Assembly (NCBI RefSeq): GCF_009914755.1
Contig: NC_060925.1
DNA length: 64,000 bases
Strand: one strand, 5' to 3'
Source: the human T2T-CHM13v2.0 reference genome, Homo sapiens
This document shows positions 56,067 through 64,000 of this stretch, one piece after another. The notes below the pieces were generated by a model. That model was not told where the DNA came from. It saw only the letters and a list, made by a program, of their open reading frames with translations, and made no database searches. A program made the position numbers and the translations under genes. The stretch's first letter is position 1, and every line of letters begins with the position of its first letter.

Positions 56067-59000
56067 TTCGATACCATTAGATGATTCCATTTGATTCCAT
56101 TTGAAGATTCCACTCGATTCCATTCGATGATGATTCCATTCGAGTCCATTCAATGATTCCATTCGAGTCCATTCGATGATTCCATTCGATTCCATTCGAT
56201 GATTATTCCATTAGAGTCCATTCAATGATTCAATTCGATTCCATTTGATTCCATTCGATGATGATTCCATTCGAGTCCATTCGATGATTCCGTTTGAGTC
56301 CATTTGATGATTCCATCCGATTCCATTCAATGATGACACAATTCAAGTCCCTTCATTGATTCCATTCAATTCCATTATATGATGACTGCATTCGGTTCCA
56401 TTCGATGATGATTCCAACGGATTCCATTCAATTTCTCCATTCGATTCCATTCCTTGCTGATTCCATTCAATTCCATTAGATGATATCTCCACTAGATTCC
56501 ATTCGATGTTGATTTCATTAGAGTCTATTCGATGATGATCCAATTTGATTCTATTCAATGATGATTCTATTAGATTCCATTCAATAATTTCATTCAATTC
56601 CATTCGAAGATTCCATTCGCTTCCATTCGATGGTGATTCCATTCCTGTCTAGTCGATTATTCCATTCGATTCCATTCAGTGATGATTCCATTTGAGTCCA
56701 TTCGATGATTCCATTCGATTCCATGTGATGATGATTCCATCGAGTCCATTCGATGATTCCATTTGATTCCATTAGATGATGACTGCATTCGGTTCCATTC
56801 GATGATGATTCTAACGGACTCCAGTCGAAGACTCCATTCGATTCCATTCATTGATGACTCTATTTGATTCCATTTGATGATGATTCCTTTCGATTCCATT
56901 CGATGATGATTCCATTCGATTCCATTCGATGATGATTCCATTCGATTCCATTCATGATGATTTCATTCGAGTCCATTCAATGATTCCATTTGAATACATT
57001 CAATGATGATTCCATTCAAGTCCATTCAATGATTGTATTCGAATCCATTTGATGATTGCTTTTGATTATATTCGACGATGATTCCACTCGAGTCTATTCG
57101 AGGATTCCATTCGATTCCATTCGATGATACTTCCATTCGAGTCCGTTTGATGATTCCATTTGATTCCATTCTCCGATGATCACATTCGAGTCCACTCGAT
57201 GATTCCAATCAATTCCGTACAATGATGATTCCGTTCAATTCCATTCGATGATTCCATTCTATTCCATTCAATGATGATTCCATTCGGGTCCATTAGATGA
57301 TTCCATTCGATTCCATTCGATGATTATTCCATTCGAGTCCATTCGATGATCCCATTTGATTCCATTTTATGATGATTCCATTTGGGTACAATAGATGATT
57401 CCATTCGATGATGTTTCTATTGCAGTCCATTAGATGATTCCATTCGATTCCATTTGATTATTATTCCATTCGAGTCAATTCAGTGATTCCATTTGATTCC
57501 ATTTGATGATGATTCCATTTGGATCCATTCGATGATTCCATTCGATTCCATTCGATGATGATTTCATTCGAGTCCATTCGATGATTCCATTTGATTCCAT
57601 TAGATGATGATTCCAATCAATTCTATTCGAATCCATTTGATGATTGCTTTTGATTATATTCGATGAATATTCCACTCGAGTCCATTCTATGATTCCATTT
57701 GATTTCATTCGAGGATGATTCCATTCGAGTCCATTTGATGATTCCATTTGATTCCATTCTCCGATGATTGCGTTCGAGTCCATTCTATGATTCCACTCGA
57801 TTCCATACAATGATGAGTCCGTTCAATTCCATTCAATGATTCCATTCTATTCCATTCAATGATGATTCCATTCGAGTACATTAGACGATTCCATTCGATT
57901 CCATTCAATGATGATTCTCTTCTTCACCATTAGATAATTCCACATGATTACATTCGATGATGATTCTATTTGAGTCCATTCGATGATTCCATTCGATTCC
58001 ATTCGATGATGACTCCATTTCATTCCATTCATTGGTGATTCCATTCAATTCCATTCATTGATTCCATTACTTTCCATTTGACAATGATTCCATTCAATTC
58101 CATTCGATGATTACACTTGATTCCACTTGACGATGACTCCACTTGATTCCATTCGATGATTCCATTTGATTCTATTCGATGATAATTCCATTCGATTCCA
58201 TTAGATGAGGATTGCATTCAATTACATTCAAAGATTCCATTCGATTCCATTTGATGATTCCATTTGATTACATTCGAGGATTCCACTCTATTCCATTCGA
58301 TGATCATTCCATTCGAGTCCATTCAATGATTCCATTCCAGTCCATTTGATGATTCCATTTGATTGCATTCGATGATGATTCCATTTCATTCCATTCAATG
58401 ATTCCATTTGATTCCATTTGATGATTCCATATGAGTCCATTCGATTATTCCATTCGAGTCCATTCGATGATCCCATTCGATGATAATTCCATTGGAGTCC
58501 ATTCGATGATGTTTCCATTCGATTCAATTGCATTATTCCATTCGATTTCATTCAATGATTCCCTTAGAATCCTTTCGATGATGATTCCATTCGATTCCAT
58601 TCGATGATTATTCCTTTCGATTCCATTTAATGATGATTCCATTCGATTGCATTCGATGATTCCACTCGATTGCATTCGATGATTCCATTTGTGTGCATTC
58701 AATGACTCCATTCGATTTCATTCGATGATGATTCCATTCGAGTTCTTTGAATGATTCCATTCAAGTCCACTTGATGATTCCTTTCAATTTCATTTAATGA
58801 TGATTCCATTTGACTCCATACGATGATGATTTCATGCGATTCTGTTCGATGATGACTCCTTTCGGTTCCATTCTATGATGATTCCATTCGGTTCAATTCG
58901 ATGATGATTCCTTTGGATTCCATTCGATGATGATTCCATTCGACTCCATTTGATGTTGATACTTTTCGATTCCGTTTGATGATGTTTCCATTTGATTACA

Positions 59001-62000
59001 TTCGATGATAATTCAATTCGATTCTATACGATGATGATTCCATTCGAGTCCATTTGATGATTCCATTCGAGTCCGTTCAATGAATCCATTCAATGATTCC
59101 ATTCGATTCCTTTCAATTATTATTCCATTCGAGTCCATTAGGTGACTCTTTTCGTTCCCAATCGAAGATGATTCCATTCAATTACATTCGATGATACCAT
59201 TCAATACCATTCATTGATGATTCCATTTGTGTGCATTTGATGATACCATTCAATTCCATTCTATGATGATTCCATTCGAGTCCATTTGATGATTCCATTG
59301 GACTCCATTTGATGATGATTCCATTCCAATATTCCATTCGATTCTATTCAATGATGATTCCATTCGATTTCATTCGATGCTGATTCCATTCAATTCCATT
59401 CGATGATTCCATTTGATTCCATTCGATGATTATTCTGATGAATTCCATTCAATGATTCCATTCGATTCCATTCAATGATTCCATTTGATTCCATTCGATG
59501 ATTCCATTTGTTTCAATTCGATAATTGTTCCATTCGAGTCATTTGATGATTCCATTTGATTCCATTCGTTGATGATTCTGATCATTTCTGTTCGATGATT
59601 CCATTCTATTCCATTTGATGATTCCTTTTGAATCCATTTGATAATGATTCCATTCGAAGTCCCTTCGATGTTTCCATTCGAGCTCACTTGATAATTCCAT
59701 TTGAGTCCAATTGATGATTCCATTCGAGTCCATTCGATCATTCCATTAGAGTTCATTTGATTATGAATCCATTCGGGTCCATTGGGTGAATCCATTCGAG
59801 TCCATTCAATAATTCCATTTGAGTCCATTCGATGATTGCTTTTGATTTATTTTGATTATATTCAATTTTTGTCAATTTGTTGATGCCATTCGATTCTATT
59901 CTATGATGATTTCATTCTTGTCCATTCGGTGATTCCATTCGATTTCATTCGATGATGATTATTTTTGAGTCCATTAGATGATTCCATTCGACTCCATTTG
60001 ATGATGATTCCATTCGGGTCCATTGAGTGATTCCATTCGATTCTATTTGATGATGATTCCATTCGATTCCATTGGATGATTATTCTATTCGTGCCCATTA
60101 GATAATTTCACACGATTCCATTCTATGATGATTCCATTTGATTCCATTCGATGATGACTCCATTCAATTCCATTCATTGGTGATTCCATTCAATTCCATT
60201 CATTGATTCCATTCCATTCCATTCGACAATGATTCCATTCGATTCCATTCGGTGATTCCACTCAATTCCACTTGAAGATGATTCCATTCGATTCCATTTG
60301 ATGATTCCATTTGATTCCATTCAAAGATTATTGCCTTCGATTCCATTCGATGATTCCATTCGATTCCATTCAATGATGATTCCGTTCGATTCCATTTCAT
60401 AATTCCATTTGATTCTATTCAAGGATTCCATTCGATTCCATTCAAAAATGATTCCATTCGAATCCATTTGATGTTTTCATTCGAGTCAATTCAATGATTC
60501 CATTCGAGTCCATTTGATGATTCCATTAGATTCCATTCGATGATGATTCCATTAGGGTCCATGTGATTATTCCTTTTGAGACCATTTGATAATTCCATTC
60601 AAGTCCATTTGATGATCCATTCGAGTCCATTTGATGATTCCATCCGATTCCATTTGATGATGATTCCATTCGAGTTCATTTGATCATTCCATTCGATTCA
60701 GTTTGATGATACCATTTGAGTCCATTCGATTATTCCATTCGAGTCCATTCAATGGTTCCATTCAATTCCATTCGCTGATAATTGCATACGAGTCCATTCG
60801 ATGATGATTCCATTCGATTCCATTCGATGATTCCATTCGATTCCATTCTATGATTCTTTTCGATTCCTTTCGACGATGATTCCATTCAATTCCATTCGTT
60901 GATGACTGCAATCGTTTCCATTTGATGATGATTCCAGCCGATTCCATTTGATATCTCCATTCGATTCCATTCTATGATGATTCCATTCGATTCCATTACA
61001 TGATGATTCCATTAGATTCAATTCGATGACGATTCCATTTCATTCCATTCAATGGTGATTCCATTCGTTTCCATTCTAGGATTCCATTCGTTTCCATTCG
61101 ATGGTGATTCCATTCGTGTCCATTCGATGATTCCATTCGATTTCATTTGATGATGATTTCATTCGAGTCCATTCAATGATTCCATTCAAGTCCATTTGAT
61201 GATTGCTTTCAATTCCATTTGATGATGATTCCATTCGAGTCCATTCAATGATTCCATTCAATTCCACTCGATGATGATTCCATTCGAGTCCATTCGATGA
61301 TTCCATTTGATTTCATTGGATGATGATTCCATTTGATGATTCCATTCTATTCCATTCGATGATGATTCCATGCGAGTCCATTCGATGACTCCATTCGAGT
61401 CCATTCGATGATGATTGCATTCGATTTCATTCTATGATTCTATTCGATGATGATTCAATTCTATTACATTGGATGATTAAATTCGATTCCATTCGATGAT
61501 GATTCCATTCGATTCCTTTAGATGATGATTCCATTTGATTCCATTCGATTATTATTCCATTCGATTTCATTCGATGATTCTATTCAATTCCATTTGATGA
61601 TTCTATTCGATTCCATTCGATGATGATTCAATTATATTCCATTGGATGATTCCTTTTTATTCCATTCGATGATGATTGCATTCGATTCCAAACTATGATT
61701 ATTCCATTCATTTACAATCAATTATGATTTCATTCGATTTCATTCGATTATTCTATTTGATTCCATTTAATGATGATACAATTCTATTGCATTGGATGAT
61801 TCCATTCCATTCCATTCGATGATGGTTCCATTCGATTTAATTCGAGGATGATTCCACTCGATTGCATTCGATGAAGATTTCAATCGAGTCCATACATAGA
61901 TTCCATTCGATACCATTCTATGATGATTCCATTCGAGTCCATTATATGATTCCATTCCATTCCATTCAATGATGATTCCATTCGATGCCATTTGATGATT

Positions 62001-64000
62001 CCCTTCGATCCCATTCGATGATGATTCCATTCAAGTCCGTTCGATGATTCCATTAGATTCCAGTTGACAATGATTCCATTCGAGTCCATTTGATGATTCC
62101 ATTCGATTCCATTTGATGAAGATTCCTTCGAGTCCTTTTGAAGATTCCATATAATGATGATTCCACTCGAGTCCATTTGATTATTCCATTTGAGTCCATT
62201 CGATTGTTCCCTTAGATTCCATTCATTGGTGATGCCTTTTGTTGCCATTCGATGATTCCATTTGACTCCATTCGATGATGTTTCCATTCAAGTCCATTCG
62301 ATGTTTCCTCTTGAGTCCATTCAATGACACCATTCGATTCAACTCAATGATGATTCCATTATAGTCCATTCAATGATGATTCCATTCGAGTCCATTCAAT
62401 GATTCCATTCGGTTCCATTTGATGATGATTCCATGGGATTCCATTCGATGAATCCATTTGATTCCACTTGTTGATGATTCCATTTGATACTATTCGATGA
62501 TGATTCCATTCAATTCTCTTAATTGATGATTCCAATAGATTCCATTCGATAATGATTCCATTCGACTCCATACAATGGTGATTTCATTCAACTTCTTTCG
62601 ATGGTTCCATTCGATTCCTTTTGATGATGATTCCATTCGATTCCATTCGATGATTCTATTTGATGCCATTCAATGATGATTCCATTTGATTCTATTCGAT
62701 GATTCCATTCAATTCCATTCGATGATGAGCCATTCAGTTCAATTGCATCATGATTCCATTTGATTCAATTCGATGATATTTCCATTTGATTCCATTCGAT
62801 GATGATTCCATTAGATTGCATTCGATGATGATTCCTTTCGAGTCCATTTGTTGATGATTCCATTTGAGTCCGTTCATTGATGATTACTTTGGATATCATA
62901 TGATGCTTCTATTTGATTCCATTCGAAGATGATTCCATATCATTCCATTCGATGATTCCATTTGATTCCACTCAGTGATGATTCCATCGGATGATGATTT
63001 CATTTGATTCCATTCGATGATGACTCCATTAGAGTCCATTCGATCATTCCATTCGTGTTCAATTGATGATTCCATTTGATTCCATTCGATGATGATTCCA
63101 TTAGAGTCCGTTCAATGAATCCATTCGATTCCATTTGATGATGACTCCATTCGAGTCAGTTCAATGATTCCATATGATTCCATTCGGTGATCATTCCATT
63201 TGAGTACATTCAATGATTCCATTTGATTCCATTCGATGATGATTCCATTCGATTCCATTCAATGATGATTGCATTTGAGTTCATTCAATGATTCCCTTTG
63301 ATTCCATTTGATGATGATTCCATTCGAGTCCATTCAGTGATTCCATTTGATTCCAATCGATGATGATTCCATTCGAGTCCATTCGATGATTACATTCGAT
63401 TCCACTCGATGACGATTCCATTCTAGTCCATTCGGTGATTCCATGTGATTCCATTTGATGCTGATTCCATTCGAGCCATTTGATGATTCTATTTGAATCC
63501 ATTTGATGATTGCTTTTGATTATAACAATGATGATTTCACTCGAGTCCATTCAATAATTCCATTCGATTCCATTCGATGATGATTCCCTTTGGGTCCATT
63601 AGAAGATTCCATTCCTTTACACTTGATGATGAGTCCATTCGAGTTCATTCGATGATTACACCCGATTCCATTCCCTGATGATTACTTTCGAGTCCATTTG
63701 ATGATTCCACTCGATTCCATATGATGATGACTCCATTCGATTCCATTCGATTATTCAATTCTATTCCATGAGATGATGATTCTATTCGAAAACATTAGTT
63801 GATTCCATTCAATTCCATTCAATTATGATGCTATTCATGTTCTTTAGATGATTCCATTCGATTACATTCGATGATGATTTCATTCTTTTCAGTCCAATGA
63901 TGATTCCATTCCTGTCAATTAGATGATTCCATTAGATTCCATTCAATTTTGATTACTTTTTTTTCCATTCAGTGATGATACCATTCAGGTCCGTTAGATG
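56067..64000 (+). repeat. Human satellite II (HSat2/HSATII), diverged; runs off the window
   Basis: Continuous ATTCCATTCG ATTCCATTCG (ATG)1-2 and GAGTCCATTC units of about 23/26 bp, with many CpG-to-TpG/CpA variants. Confidence 0.95.

Noticed and set aside
55946-63550. Many MESNGIIEW-type ORFs; superficially an array with spacers (CRISPR-like)
   Set aside because: Translations of HSat2. Units are contiguous degenerate pentamer repeats with no unique spacers or cas genes, in a primate context.

Overview
Primate pericentromeric DNA, almost certainly human because it carries an L1HS Ta-1 insertion. No intact protein-coding gene was found. Positions 1-56,065 are a mosaic of segmental-duplication material built from old L1M/L2/MIR/LTR/DNA-transposon relics and Alus. 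It ends abruptly in about 7.9 kb of diverged HSat2 satellite (56,067-64,000). Main structures: (1) an inverted duplication, 5,049-13,050 versus 46,949-53,809, with patchwork identity and an L1PA2 insertion in only one arm; (2) two independent 5'-inverted (twin-primed) L1 insertions, L1PA2-like at 9.2 kb and L1HS Ta-1 at 19.4 kb, whose inversion points fall within about 11 nt of each other in L1 coordinates; (3) inside the 33.9 kb spacer, a cassette of truncated Alu | 1.3 kb GC-rich GCTTTTTGC tandem array | unprocessed KSR1 exon 1 pseudo-exon and presumed intron 1 | (GAAAT/GAT)n microsatellite | full-length L1PA3/4 with no TSD and an open antisense ORF0. The long ORFs in the track are L1 fragments or artefacts of low-complexity and satellite DNA. 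Repeat family names and the KSR1 protein comparison come from recognising consensus sequences from memory, not from a database search.
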